Shown here: positions 8,152 through 18,731 of the stretch, piece after piece
Layout: every line of letters starts with the position of its first letter
Numbering within the stretch: position 1 is the first letter of the stretch
Assembly: GCA_015059105.1 (NCBI GenBank)
Contig: SVBB01000009.1
Coordinates: 252-64,251, forward strand
Direction: 5' to 3'
Source of the DNA: Erysipelotrichaceae bacterium
GTDB taxonomy: Bacteria; Bacillota_I; Bacilli_A; RFN20; CAG-826
Length of the DNA: 64,000 nucleotides
Translations under genes and position numbers: made by a program
Notes under the pieces: model-generated
What the model saw: only the letters and a program-made list of their open reading frames with translations
The model's database searches: none
Told to the model about the DNA's origin: nothing

Positions 8152-11100
8152 TTATTTTATATCAATATGGTAGATATGTGCATCTGCATCAATACCAAGT
8201 TGTTTAACCGCTTTAATATAATCGTCTAATTGTGATTTATAATGATGTTCAAGTCTAGCCACATCATCATCTTTATTAGTCTTATAATCTATGATGTGAT
8301 AACCACTATCATCTTCGTAGATTAAGTCGATAACACCATAAGTTACAGTATCACCATCTCTATAAGAGAACGGGACCTCACACATCACATCTTTCGCCTC
8401 CAATAGTGTTTTTAAGATATCTTTGTTAACGGATGAATTCTTCTGTTGAAAGCCACCATGGTAGATAGTGTCTAAAACTTTTAATAATAAATCTCGATAT
8501 TGATTACCATTATATTCTTCAACAACACTATCGACCAATTCAAAGCGATCAAAGCCATCTCTTGATGAAGCAAGGCATTCCATTAATTTATGGACCATTG
8601 ACCCCATCAAAGTAGCTTCAGTTATTGTTTCTTTATCAATAACAACATCTTCGTTGTCACGTTTTACTTCAACTTTATCGTCTTTAGCAAGAGTGCTTGG
8701 CGAGCGATATTCAATAGATTTTTTATGTAGATCGTCTTTTATTGTTGGATCAATATAGTTTGAAATATCTCTACTATTATTTGGCACGGCAATATCTGGG
8801 AAAGATATGATTTTATTATCACCAATGTGGTTAATAATATTTCCCCAAGGATTATATTCATCAGAATCGAGTTTTGTTGGATAAGCAACAATTAAAACTG
8901 ATTCTGGACGTGTTGCTCCTACATATTCAAGACGATCTTTTTCTGCATCATCATGCTCTTGCCATTTCTTGCGAGTTGCATCGTCATAGCGATGAGTAGC
9001 GACAATAGTAATAGGGAATTTGTCATCCTTCATTGATAAAGAATCAACGTGGAGTATTCTTGGATCAACCGAATTATCGACAAATGTTCTAATAGCTTTA
9101 GTAGTCTCTTTAGGGTGAACTAGCATTACAATTGGAGCCTGTAAACCTTTCACTTTGTGAAGGTTAGCAATTTTCACTCTATTCACTTTATCTTTGAATC
9201 TTAATACACGATTTTCTTCAGTGTAACCACTGATAAAAGTATTTAAATAATCAGCAAATTGGCCAACACCAGATAATAAGCCATTCTCTTCTTGTTGTCT
9301 GACCTTTTCAATAAGGAAATAAGTATATTCAAGGAAATCAGAACTCACTCTCTTAAGAAGGGTTAAATCTTTATTATTTAATAAATATGTAAGAGTTGAT
9401 GAAAAGCTCATCCCTTTAGTAGCGATATATAACTTATTCAATTCAACAATTGCATCTACATATTTCTTTTCACTAAGTTGGAGATCTTTTATGTTGGATA
9501 TATTTAGGTCATATCCGGAAGCAAGTATTGTTAATATATCGCCGTCATCAAACTTATAGATATCACCACAAAGCACTTCTTGTACCAAATGTCTATCGCG
9601 AGGCGCTTTCAATAGTTGCACAAGATTTGATAAAGCATATAAAGATGGGGAATTATCAAATGGTATTTCTGCCTCAATTACCATAGGAATTTTATATTCA
9701 CTAAATGCAGAAATAAAACCACTCACGTCTTTGGAACGCGGAACAATTAAAAAGTCTTTATATTCAATTGTTCGATATATTAACGGCTTAATAGATGGGT
9801 CGCTATCGTCGTTAAATGCCGGGTTTTTGCTGATAATTTTATATTTTTTTGAATTAACTAAATCATAAATAAACTTCGCTACTTCAATTGGTTCATTTGC
9901 TGGGTCGGTAAGATATTTATACTCGCCGTCTAACAATGTTTCATTTTGACCAACCACACCTTCGATTTGCATCGCACGATCTTCGGGTGGAATGATAATG
10001 TTGTTATGGGGAAGCGGAGCGCTACCGCGATTAAGAATATCGTCCATTGATAAGTTGAGCCAATCTCTAATACTTACTCTACTTCTGAAATTTTTGGTCA
10101 AGATAAGTAATTCACCCTTAGCGGCAAACAAGGCCTTAGTTTCTAAGAAAGCATTAACGTCAGCGTCTCTAAAACCATATATAGATTGTTTTGGATCACC
10201 AACGATAAATAAAGACCCCTCTTTTGGCTCGACTTTCTTCCAATCATCAGTTGTTTTCTCTCCAGTGAGGTAAAAGAATAATCGTGTTTGAATTGGGTTG
10301 GTATCTTGGCTTTCATCAAGAAGGAAATAAGAATGTCTATCAAAGATATGTTTGACGAGTTCTTTGTTTGTCGCACAGCTTTTCTTAAACGCTTCTACTA
10401 CTGCATAAAGGAAATCATCATAATCAAATTTTCCTTCTTCTTTTAATATCTTATTAACATCGTGAACCGCACTAGAAACAAGATAGAAATAATGGGCGTA
10501 TAAAAATTCATCAATCTTACCTTTAAAATCGTCGATAATTTTTGCAGAATCAGCAGTTAACTTAAATGTTTTACCTTCTGGTTCCAATGTACCGTCGTTC
10601 ACTAAGTTAGTATTATCTATTGGGGTGGTTAATTTTTTAGCACCAATTAAATTAAATGGTGCAAAGAAATATTTAAACTTTTCAATGTTATCAATAACGC
10701 TTTTCCCATTTAATAATTGATATTTATTTTCAATATCCTTCAAGGCTTTGTTTCTTTCGATATCAGCTGAAGTTATTTTGCTCTTGTTTGCAGTGAAATC
10801 AATGCCCAAACCACAAAACTTCTTAGCTAAGTTAAAGAACGCTGTTCTCTCAGGTTCAAAATAATTATCGTCAGCTGTTAAAAGCGACTTATCATATTCC
10901 ACTACTGAATTACGTTTAGATAATAAAAGTTCTACTCCAGCAGCAAAAGCATCACCAGCTTTGCCCACCGAAGAATTAAATAATAAGGCACTTTTATGAA
11001 GAGGGTGAGCATCGTCGGCTAAAATGAGGTTGTACTGCATTTTAACCATTGCCTCTCTTTCTTCTTTACCAATAACGACAGCATCTGAAGGAATGCCAAT

Positions 11101-11499
11101 TTCATTTGGCATTTCATGAGCGACCATATTTGTAAAGGAATCAATAGTTCCCAAGAAACATAAATCGATGTTTTTAAGTGCTTCCTGACATCGCTCCACG
11201 CTTTTTGTTGTCTTTGCTCCTAAGTCTTTATCAGACTTATCAGGAACATTCACACTTCTTCTAGATAATAATTCTTGGAAACGAGCGTAAAATTCATCAG
11301 CAGCCGCTTTTGTAAATGTAATCGTACATATCTTATCAACAGGGACGCCATTGCCTCCATCACCTTTTTCAATTAAGGCAACCATACGATTCACCAAAGA
11401 GGTTGTTTTACCACTTCCGGCAGAAGCTTCAACAAAAAGATTATGAGATAAGTCTTCAACAATTCTTTTTCTTGATAATTCATCAATATCTACTGGCAT
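8152..11499 (-). CDS. addA: AddA/RexA-type UvrD-family helicase with C-terminal PD-(D/E)xK nuclease
   Basis: Walker A EASAGSGKTT; UvrD-like motifs; C-terminal VIDLIYEDDSGYHIIDYKTNK. Start ATG at 11499 follows AAGAGGA. Confidence 0.85.
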   Translation of the reverse strand: MPVDIDELSRKRIVEDLSHNLFVEASAGSGKTTSLVNRMVALIEKGDGGNGVPVDKICTITFTKAAADEFYARFQELLSRRSVNVPDKSDKDLGAKTTKSVERCQEALKNIDLCFLGTIDSFTNMVAHEMPNEIGIPSDAVVIGKEEREAMVKMQYNLILADDAHPLHKSALLFNSSVGKAGDAFAAGVELLLSKRNSVVEYDKSLLTADDNYFEPERTAFFNLAKKFCGLGIDFTANKSKITSADIERNKALKDIENKYQLLNGKSVIDNIEKFKYFFAPFNLIGAKKLTTPIDNTNLVNDGTLEPEGKTFKLTADSAKIIDDFKGKIDEFLYAHYFYLVSSAVHDVNKILKEEGKFDYDDFLYAVVEAFKKSCATNKELVKHIFDRHSYFLLDESQDTNPIQTRLFFYLTGEKTTDDWKKVEPKEGSLFIVGDPKQSIYGFRDADVNAFLETKALFAAKGELLILTKNFRSRVSIRDWLNLSMDDILNRGSAPLPHNNIIIPPEDRAMQIEGVVGQNETLLDGEYKYLTDPANEPIEVAKFIYDLVNSKKYKIISKNPAFNDDSDPSIKPLIYRTIEYKDFLIVPRSKDVSGFISAFSEYKIPMVIEAEIPFDNSPSLYALSNLVQLLKAPRDRHLVQEVLCGDIYKFDDGDILTILASGYDLNISNIKDLQLSEKKYVDAIVELNKLYIATKGMSFSSTLTYLLNNKDLTLLKRVSSDFLEYTYFLIEKVRQQEENGLLSGVGQFADYLNTFISGYTEENRVLRFKDKVNRVKIANLHKVKGLQAPIVMLVHPKETTKAIRTFVDNSVDPRILHVDSLSMKDDKFPITIVATHRYDDATRKKWQEHDDAEKDRLEYVGATRPESVLIVAYPTKLDSDEYNPWGNIINHIGDNKIISFPDIAVPNNSRDISNYIDPTIKDDLHKKSIEYRSPSTLAKDDKVEVKRDNEDVVIDKETITEATLMGSMVHKLMECLASSRDGFDRFELVDSVVEEYNGNQYRDLLLKVLDTIYHGGFQQKNSSVNKDILKTLLEAKDVMCEVPFSYRDGDTVTYGVIDLIYEDDSGYHIIDYKTNKDDDVARLEHHYKSQLDDYIKAVKQLGIDADAHIYHIDIK

Positions 11500-11501
11500 A
11501 A

Positions 11502-14117
11502 TTACATCCTCTTCATACATACGTCGCGATAGAAACAACTACCACATACTTTTTTATTGGATTTACTTGGGAAACTCCCACTGTCATAACAATTTTTAAT
11601 TTCTTTAATAACACTATCCAAAGTTAAATAACATTCACCCATCTTCTGAGGGTCATGAGCGATAGATATCCTATCTCCAGTTCTTAAATAACGGAACTCA
11701 AATCCCACGACAGGAATCTTTCGTTTCTTTTCAACAAGATATGAATAAACAATACATTGAATTAATGTTCTTAAATCATTGATGCTGTGTTTAACTTTTC
11801 TACCAGTTTTATAATCGACGACATATCCTTCTCCATTACTATTCATCACTACTTTATCAGGGAAGCCATGGATTTTAATGCCGCTATCTTCGTATTCAGC
11901 GTATATTTCTTTCTCTCTTATATTTCGGGAAGTTTCTTCCATATCGTAAGCGTTTTTCATCATCTCTAAAAACTCTTTCTTTGTATTTATTTTTAGAGGA
12001 ATATTATCCGTATGATGAATAATGAAATAATCATCAAAACGATCACCAGAAATTTTTAAGAATTCATCTAATGATGTTTTGCTTTTATTTAATCCTTCCA
12101 GTAACGAATGGGCTAATGTGCCATAATCATTTGCCGGAATAAGTTCGAATATATCGACATCTTCAGGTTGTTCTACTTTTAATATTCTTGAAAGGTAAAA
12201 CATATATGGACATTGTACAAATATCTCAATATCGGATGCTGATAAAGCTTTGTTTAAAACTGTCAAAGGAACAGCAATTATTCTATTAGGATCAGGTGGG
12301 TTTGGCTTATCATAATCCACTTGTTTGTTATCTGTTACCGCACGTCCAATGTCAGCGATTGGCAAGAGATTTGTCATGAAAAACTCGACAGTTCTGAACT
12401 TATTTTTATTATTTTTAAATTCATCTTCGAAATTCTTGATAGTCTTACTAACGCCATTTTCTTTTTGATATGCTTCAAAAACAACACTTGATGCATTCTG
12501 TGTTTTAAGTGTCACAGAATTATAAGATGCATAAGATAAATGGATGGACGAACCTTGCTTGTTCGCTAAAGCAAGAAGGTTGAAGAAAGAGTTCTTGTTA
12601 TTTTCAATTGCGCGGTTAGAGGCATTGTTTACTCCGAAAGCTTCATAGTCTCTATCCAACAATATTGGGTCTTCTTTTCTTTTACCTGGGAAGTTATTTG
12701 AAGACAAGCCAACAACAAACAAATGCTTTCTTAATACCGATGACGCATTTGCGATAGAGGTGAAATATAATGTCCCTGGTTTTGGAGATCTTTTTCCAAC
12801 ATTTTGAAGGAATATATTTTTAACAATATCGGAATGAGGGATAGAGTATTTTCTTTCATAAGTTAATCCTTTGACGACCTTGTCTCTTGCGTTCTCATCA
12901 GCGGATTCATCGACGATATAACAATACTCGTTAATGAAGTTTAATAACCCCTTGTTTAAGACGTCTTTAAACGCGGTTACAAAAGGGATTTCTTTCACCC
13001 TTCTAGCAATATCTTCTTCATCTATTTTTTCTGCTGTATATCTATCTAACAAATCTAGATATTTTTTAAGTTTTTCTTCGTTGCTCTTCTCGTCAAAAGA
13101 TAATCTTAAATCCCCAACAGTAGTCACAATCGTGTCAAATGAAATTTGGTGATGATAATGGACTCCTTTATTAAGGTCATCAAAGGAATCAGGGATTCTG
13201 ATTTCTTCTTTAAATTTACCTATATTAAAGCATTCATCATAAATGACTTTTTTCAAATAATCGACGTGGTAATTATTGTCCATATAATCATTAACAATGG
13301 AAAATAATCTACCAGGGTGAGTTTCAATGATGTTATCTCCAACTCCTATTGTTAACGGAAACCCTAATAGGTCATGATAATTATTTAAGATGTTAGAGTA
13401 ATCTTTTATTTCGCTGGCAGCAATAAGGCATTGATCAAAGGGAAGATCATGCTTATAAATATAATCCAAGATATCTTCAATCTCATTGTCCTGTGAAAAT
13501 GATTTTGTGTATGAATCAATATGAAGAGGAACGCCTTCGTTAATTTTTGTTGGGACAATATCTCTACCACTTGCCTTGGCTAATAAAGCCATATCGAGTT
13601 TATAATCTAAAATTCTATCCCCTTCATATATAACAAAGTCGATATTTGGGAAAGAGGATATGTTTTCATATGCATATCTAATTGTTCCCACTTCATCAAT
13701 GAAGTTATTATCTTTTGAAGTTAAAGTTTTGATAAAAAGATCATAGAACTCAATAATTGCAGCATTCTTATTTTGGAATTCATCTTTTGGAAGCTTGTCT
13801 ATAATAACTTTCCTTTCGTCGTCTGGGATGCATCTACGTAAATCATTAATAGAATCGATTAAACCAAGAATGTCATTATAGGTAAGTTTTTCAAAATACG
13901 GTATCTTCTTCACATCATGATAAAGAAGTGCGGCAAGATCATCATTGGAGATAAACTTGCTTTTAATAACCTTTCCAGAAAGCATTAATAAATGTCTCGC
14001 TAGTTCAAGCGTTGACATATATCGCACATTAAAGGAAGTGTTCCCGAGGGCCGCTAATGATTTAAGTGTATCAACGTTTTTATATGTTGATGTTAAAACA
14101 ATCGTATGCTTAATCAT
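11502..14117 (-). CDS. addB: AddB/RexB-type nuclease subunit (short form, 871 aa) with Fe-S cysteines
   Basis: GYVVDYKTGRK nuclease motif. Cys cluster: CPYMFY ... CGSCFYRDVC. Confidence 0.75.
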   Translation of the reverse strand: MIKHTIVLTSTYKNVDTLKSLAALGNTSFNVRYMSTLELARHLLMLSGKVIKSKFISNDDLAALLYHDVKKIPYFEKLTYNDILGLIDSINDLRRCIPDDERKVIIDKLPKDEFQNKNAAIIEFYDLFIKTLTSKDNNFIDEVGTIRYAYENISSFPNIDFVIYEGDRILDYKLDMALLAKASGRDIVPTKINEGVPLHIDSYTKSFSQDNEIEDILDYIYKHDLPFDQCLIAASEIKDYSNILNNYHDLLGFPLTIGVGDNIIETHPGRLFSIVNDYMDNNYHVDYLKKVIYDECFNIGKFKEEIRIPDSFDDLNKGVHYHHQISFDTIVTTVGDLRLSFDEKSNEEKLKKYLDLLDRYTAEKIDEEDIARRVKEIPFVTAFKDVLNKGLLNFINEYCYIVDESADENARDKVVKGLTYERKYSIPHSDIVKNIFLQNVGKRSPKPGTLYFTSIANASSVLRKHLFVVGLSSNNFPGKRKEDPILLDRDYEAFGVNNASNRAIENNKNSFFNLLALANKQGSSIHLSYASYNSVTLKTQNASSVVFEAYQKENGVSKTIKNFEDEFKNNKNKFRTVEFFMTNLLPIADIGRAVTDNKQVDYDKPNPPDPNRIIAVPLTVLNKALSASDIEIFVQCPYMFYLSRILKVEQPEDVDIFELIPANDYGTLAHSLLEGLNKSKTSLDEFLKISGDRFDDYFIIHHTDNIPLKINTKKEFLEMMKNAYDMEETSRNIREKEIYAEYEDSGIKIHGFPDKVVMNSNGEGYVVDYKTGRKVKHSINDLRTLIQCIVYSYLVEKKRKIPVVGFEFRYLRTGDRISIAHDPQKMGECYLTLDSVIKEIKNCYDSGSFPSKSNKKVCGSCFYRDVCMKRM

Positions 14118-14293
14118 TTGCTTTATCTCCTTAGTATGGCTTACTTACTTTACTATTATAGTAATACAACTGCTCTTATTAGACAAACAACCATTCAAGA
14201 TGTACTGATTTATGTACCTTATACTAAAAGAAAAAGACCTTCACAAGTAGATGGTCTATTTCATTTATGGGTTTATGAGAGGAAACAAATGGA

Positions 14294-15493
14294 TTAAGCA
14301 GCCTCGATTTGAAAGCCCTTGCTCCTCGCCCACTCTATAAACTTCTCAGCTGCTTCTTTGCCCCACTGATTGGTAACCAAGATTACTTCACCGCTAGGCA
14401 AGGCAATAGGTTCGTCAATAAAGTATCTGGGCGTACCTCCAATACCTTTATATTTGTCGCTTATATCATTGATGTTTTTAAAAACATTCATAGTTCTTTG
14501 AATTGAATTATCAATTTCTTTTTCTAGATCAGCAATTGAAAGGTTTGGGTTTTTGAGTTTCATATCTTCAACAAATTGCGTGAACACAGATAACACGAGT
14601 CTGTTCTTAGTATACTCTTTACCGTTAAACTTGTATTTAGTGTAATCTTTCATGCCAGATGTAAATGTGTTGATTGCTTTTTGCATCTCTTCGACATCTT
14701 CTTCACCATTATCAACAAGGGCTGCCAATACGCTTTGAATTAGATTCTTATTTTCTTTTATAAATTGTTCTATTATATCTTTTTCTTCACTGCTTATTGC
14801 CATAATTGCTTCTCCTTTCTCGTTGTCTGTTTGATAAGATAAACTTTGCAGATAATTAACCATTATCGAACGTTTGTTATCGTCTTTTGTTTTATATAAT
14901 ATTGGTTCTAAAACATAATCCACTAAATCTTGATATGTCACCACGATAAAGTTTGCGTTTTTAGGAATAGATTGATTGTATTTTGGTAATAAATAAACAT
15001 AAACTGGTTTATAAAAACCATCCTCATCCAGAAATGCTTTTTCAGCGTAATTAAAGTAGACGTTGGTTTGATCATTATTCTTACCGTTTTCGGACGAATT
15101 AACCTTGTTCTCTATTACAATAGGAAGGGTTTTATCTTTTGTCACAACCTCAAGCAAAATATCTATGTGTTCTTTTTCTCTTTGCACTTTTACATCTTGT
15201 ATAAAGCCATCCTCACAAAAACTAAGCTTTAACAATAAATTTTCATCAATCCTTGCATTTTTATTGATTGGTCTTTCTTTGCAAAGCAAAAGCGTTTTTA
15301 TGAGTTGAACAACGGGGAAGAATCCCAAACCAACTCTATTTGGGTTTAGTATCCAAGATAAATAATCGCTATGTGGGAGTTCTAAACGGGATGTTTTAGT
15401 AATAGCAAAAATATTATCTTTGTGATAATCAACATATTTAATATATGATGCTGATTTTTGAATATTAATAATATCTTTAATAGCTTGGTCCAT
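14294..15493 (-). CDS. PD-(D/E)xK nuclease family protein (PDDEXK_4-like)
   Basis: ELPHSDYLSWILNPN ... EKEHIDILLEV ... IVIENKVNS. The likely start is MDQAIKD, after AAGGGCGG. Confidence 0.6.
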   Translation of the reverse strand: MDQAIKDIINIQKSASYIKYVDYHKDNIFAITKTSRLELPHSDYLSWILNPNRVGLGFFPVVQLIKTLLLCKERPINKNARIDENLLLKLSFCEDGFIQDVKVQREKEHIDILLEVVTKDKTLPIVIENKVNSSENGKNNDQTNVYFNYAEKAFLDEDGFYKPVYVYLLPKYNQSIPKNANFIVVTYQDLVDYVLEPILYKTKDDNKRSIMVNYLQSLSYQTDNEKGEAIMAISSEEKDIIEQFIKENKNLIQSVLAALVDNGEEDVEEMQKAINTFTSGMKDYTKYKFNGKEYTKNRLVLSVFTQFVEDMKLKNPNLSIADLEKEIDNSIQRTMNVFKNINDISDKYKGIGGTPRYFIDEPIALPSGEVILVTNQWGKEAAEKFIEWARSKGFQIEAA

Positions 15494-15599
15494 GATTAAA
15501 CCGCCCTTTCTAGTACTTAGTATTATCAAAACACAGCACAATTATTATGTAAATCCTTTTAAGGAAAAATGCTCATTTATGTTGGCTTTATGTAATTGT

Positions 15600-15935
15600 T
15601 TAATTGGTCGACAATTTTTCAATAGCGTTTTTGCCAGCTTTTAAAATTCGGAAGGCAATTCTCAATGTTAGCCTATCATCGATGCTTACATCACTATCTA
15701 TTTTTGCATCAATATCAATCTGTTGAATAGTTGGATCGAAAATTTCTTTTGGAAAAACGGCATAAAAACTAAACCACGGATCGTTATTTTGTTCGCGTTT
15801 TATTGAATAAGTATCAAATAAAACAACAACACTTCCGTCGGGCAAAACTTTCCCTGGATAATGAACATTAAGAGACGCCACTTTCTTGTATTTTACTAAA
15901 GCATCAACTGCTCTCAATAAATACTTTTCAATCAT
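15600..15935 (-). CDS. hypothetical protein
   Basis: Track ORF with RBS GAGGTAGAAAACAATG. Confidence 0.5.
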   Translation of the reverse strand: MIEKYLLRAVDALVKYKKVASLNVHYPGKVLPDGSVVVLFDTYSIKREQNNDPWFSFYAVFPKEIFDPTIQQIDIDAKIDSDVSIDDRLTLRIAFRILKAGKNAIEKLSTN

Positions 15936-16147
15936 TGTTTTCTACCTCGTTACATGTTCTGTTGATGAAAAAACGTTTTATCATCAATTTTTGTTAAAAA
16001 TATTATAACACAAAGCATAAAAATACATTATGCAATAATAGTATATTCGTAAACAAAAAATGGTGTCCATTTATTACCCAAAATGTTCATAAATATGGAC
16101 ATATATATCTATCAGTTTGGCGTAATTGTGTTAGAGGCCAAAACATG

Positions 16148-16175
16148 AAAAAGAAAGGCAACTATAAAAGTTGCC
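16148..16175 (-). terminator. GGCAAC-loop-GTTGCC followed by TTTCTTTTT
   Basis: 6-bp GC-rich stem plus T-run on the minus strand. Confidence 0.55.
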
Positions 16176-16565
16176 GTTTGTCCATATATAATATCATTTT
16201 TTGTTACTATCGTTGAAACACGACTTCAAAGAAAAGATGTCTTCCGTTTTTGTTCTTCTAGTCTATTGGTTGATCATTTACTTCGCTAATTGTATTAAAC
16301 CCTTTTGATATAAATATATACATCTTTAAAAATGAACAAAGAGCATCTATAAATAGTAATTATCCAGCCTCAACATCACAACCAGAAACCATTTTGAAGT
16401 TGTGATAGTCAAGAATGCAATATTCTTCATCATCATCCTTGGAACAATAATAAGGAGTGCCACAGAAATAATCCCAAGCGATGACTGATAGATGGGAAAG
16501 TTTTAAGAATTCCCATATCTTTTTGCTGTTCACCGCGAACTGCAGCGCATAACTACCATCTTTTT

Positions 16566-17156
16566 TTACTTCAATGTATCGTAATCTTCCTCATCTTCAA
16601 TCTCACAAAGGTAATCATAATAAGAATCTTCACCTTCATGATCATATCGATACACTAATTCGATATATTGTTCAGGGGTTAAGAATACAGGCGCGACAAT
16701 AAACGCGACACGATCTTCGCTTTCGTCTTCACCTTCTAAAAACACGGGATCTCCACCATTACGTATTTCTAAAACATAATCACTCTTACCAAAATGGTTA
16801 TCAAACTCATCAGATAAGTTATACAAGCCTGGATATGAAGTCGAGCCATTAAAACAATCTGGATCATATTCTTTTTCCATTAATTCTCTTAATGCTTCTT
16901 TGATTAACTTCGCACCTTTTGCTTCTTCCATACGCGCTTTAGTGGTGAAGATAACCGCTTCCACTGGAGGATTGTCTTTGAGAAGAGATAAACCCGCGGA
17001 TGCCACCATCACTTGATCAGGATTATCGCTTAATCTCATCACCACACATTTAACGCCTAAATTCTCATCGTTATACATTTCTAGAGGAATCTTCTCCAAA
17101 TAGAAATTGTAGGAATAGAAACTAATCAATTGAGAAATATACTTATCTTTATCCAT
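16566..17156 (-). CDS. hypothetical protein, possibly SUFU/immunity-like
   Basis: Acidic protein of about 200 aa. The VMVASAGLS segment resembles the bacterial SUFU-family core. Weak call. Confidence 0.3.
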   Translation of the reverse strand: MDKDKYISQLISFYSYNFYLEKIPLEMYNDENLGVKCVVMRLSDNPDQVMVASAGLSLLKDNPPVEAVIFTTKARMEEAKGAKLIKEALRELMEKEYDPDCFNGSTSYPGLYNLSDEFDNHFGKSDYVLEIRNGGDPVFLEGEDESEDRVAFIVAPVFLTPEQYIELVYRYDHEGEDSYYDYLCEIEDEEDYDTLK

Positions 17157-17170
17157 ATATCAATTCCTCC

Positions 17171-17470
17171 TTAAAATAATAAGTTATTATCGTTATCTTT
17201 TTCTTTTTTATTCTTTGTTGATTCAACATCAGTTTTAAGAACTACACATTCATCGTCATTTTCAATTTTGATTATACATTGATTTTTATCATTACCACTT
17301 CTATCAATAACAAATCTCTTTTCAAAATGGTTAGATGATGTTAGTTCAAAGTTATATAGGAGTTCACCTTGAAATAAATCGATATGAACAGCAACTCCAT
17401 CTTCTAATTGGATATCATATACTTTTGAATCTTCAGCAGTAGTAATCTTCGCTTTTAAATCTTTTTCCAT
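17171..17470 (-). CDS. hypothetical protein
   Basis: Track ORF, tightly packed in the operon. Confidence 0.45.
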   Translation of the reverse strand: MEKDLKAKITTAEDSKVYDIQLEDGVAVHIDLFQGELLYNFELTSSNHFEKRFVIDRSGNDKNQCIIKIENDDECVVLKTDVESTKNKKEKDNDNNLLF

Positions 17471-17503
17471 ACATTACCCCGCTTCTGAATCCGAATCAGT
17501 GAT

Positions 17504-18721
17504 TCACATAAAGTTCTCTTTAATCGTGATATCAATTGTTTCTAATAATGTATAGTCATCCGCGCGAGTAACGTTACAGTGGTTTGGTAATCCTTTTGGT
17601 TTCCTTTTATATATCTTCATAAAGGTATCATAATCATGATTCTGTAATGCATAATTAATATCCGCGCGTTCTTCCGCGGTATAGAAGCCATGATACCAAT
17701 GATAAGTAACACTTAATTCACCTTCCAAACCAAAGGCTTTTCGAATATCTGGGTCCGCTTTTAAATGAGCAGGAAGGGTATCAAAGACATCGGTATATGA
17801 TAGTTTTAGCATATGCTCTTTATCGTTTTTAATTCTCTCTGAGAAATAAGCGATATCATACATTCCAATATGATGTTCAACAAGACAGTTAAAGACATCT
17901 TCATCATCGTTAAATAGTTTTGATATGCTACTGAGATAGGCATGCCCTTCGCTTATGGCAAATAAGGTATATTCTTTGTTATTCTTCACTTCTTCTGGAG
18001 CTTTTTCAATGAGACTCCCACGACATTTAAAACAGGCTTTGATGATATCAGGATCTCTTTTCAATTCCTCGGATAAATAATTATATACTTCCGCACTATC
18101 ACCGTCATGAATTAGAGGAAGGACAAACTCTTTGGTTAATAATTCTTTATATTGATAGCTTTGTAAGAAATAGCAATTATTTTCATTGTTATAAATCGCT
18201 ATAGAGAGGAGTTCCTTATTCTTCTGCTGTTCTTCTACTAAATAAGAAATATTATTCGGATCATTTTTCACCGCGAGAAGAGCAATCTCATCATCACTCC
18301 TCATCTCCATAGAAAGAGAGCCGATAAGAACACTACGACGAGTCGTCAAAACATATTTGATATATTCTTTATCATTTCTTAGTTCATCACCGATATCTGA
18401 CAAACGATAATCAAAAGTATGTTTCGCAGAGAGCTCCGCGAGTTCTTTATCATTTCTTAATTCATCACTACAAAACTTTAATGAGGCTTTTGCGTTGATG
18501 GCTTCTCTTGCAAAATCTTTATCGCTTCGTAGTCTTTTCGAGACATGCTCAAAACCATGGACTGAACGTTTCACTAATAACAAAGCGACATCGGGATCAT
18601 CACGTAATTTTGCGGATATTAAAGACTTCGTATGATAGTAGATATCTAATTGATACTTTCTAAATTTCTTCTCATTCGTGAGAATGGAAATCATCTCATC
18701 CTTATCAGTTATTTGTTTCAT
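17504..18721 (-). CDS. DUF4116-repeat protein
   Basis: Repeated LR(N/S/D)DK(E/D)xxxxA modules (LRDDPDVALLLV, LRSDKDFAREAI, LRNDKELAELS, LRNDKEYIKYV, ...). Confidence 0.6.
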   Translation of the reverse strand: MKQITDKDEMISILTNEKKFRKYQLDIYYHTKSLISAKLRDDPDVALLLVKRSVHGFEHVSKRLRSDKDFAREAINAKASLKFCSDELRNDKELAELSAKHTFDYRLSDIGDELRNDKEYIKYVLTTRRSVLIGSLSMEMRSDDEIALLAVKNDPNNISYLVEEQQKNKELLSIAIYNNENNCYFLQSYQYKELLTKEFVLPLIHDGDSAEVYNYLSEELKRDPDIIKACFKCRGSLIEKAPEEVKNNKEYTLFAISEGHAYLSSISKLFNDDEDVFNCLVEHHIGMYDIAYFSERIKNDKEHMLKLSYTDVFDTLPAHLKADPDIRKAFGLEGELSVTYHWYHGFYTAEERADINYALQNHDYDTFMKIYKRKPKGLPNHCNVTRADDYTLLETIDITIKENFM

Positions 18722-18731
18722 ATCATTTTTC

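Noticed and set aside
8152-14117. AddAB as a novel defence helicase-nuclease
   Set aside because: The motifs and gene order match ordinary AddAB/RexAB. Without genome context this cannot be distinguished from the housekeeping enzyme, so it is only noted as a low-interest question.
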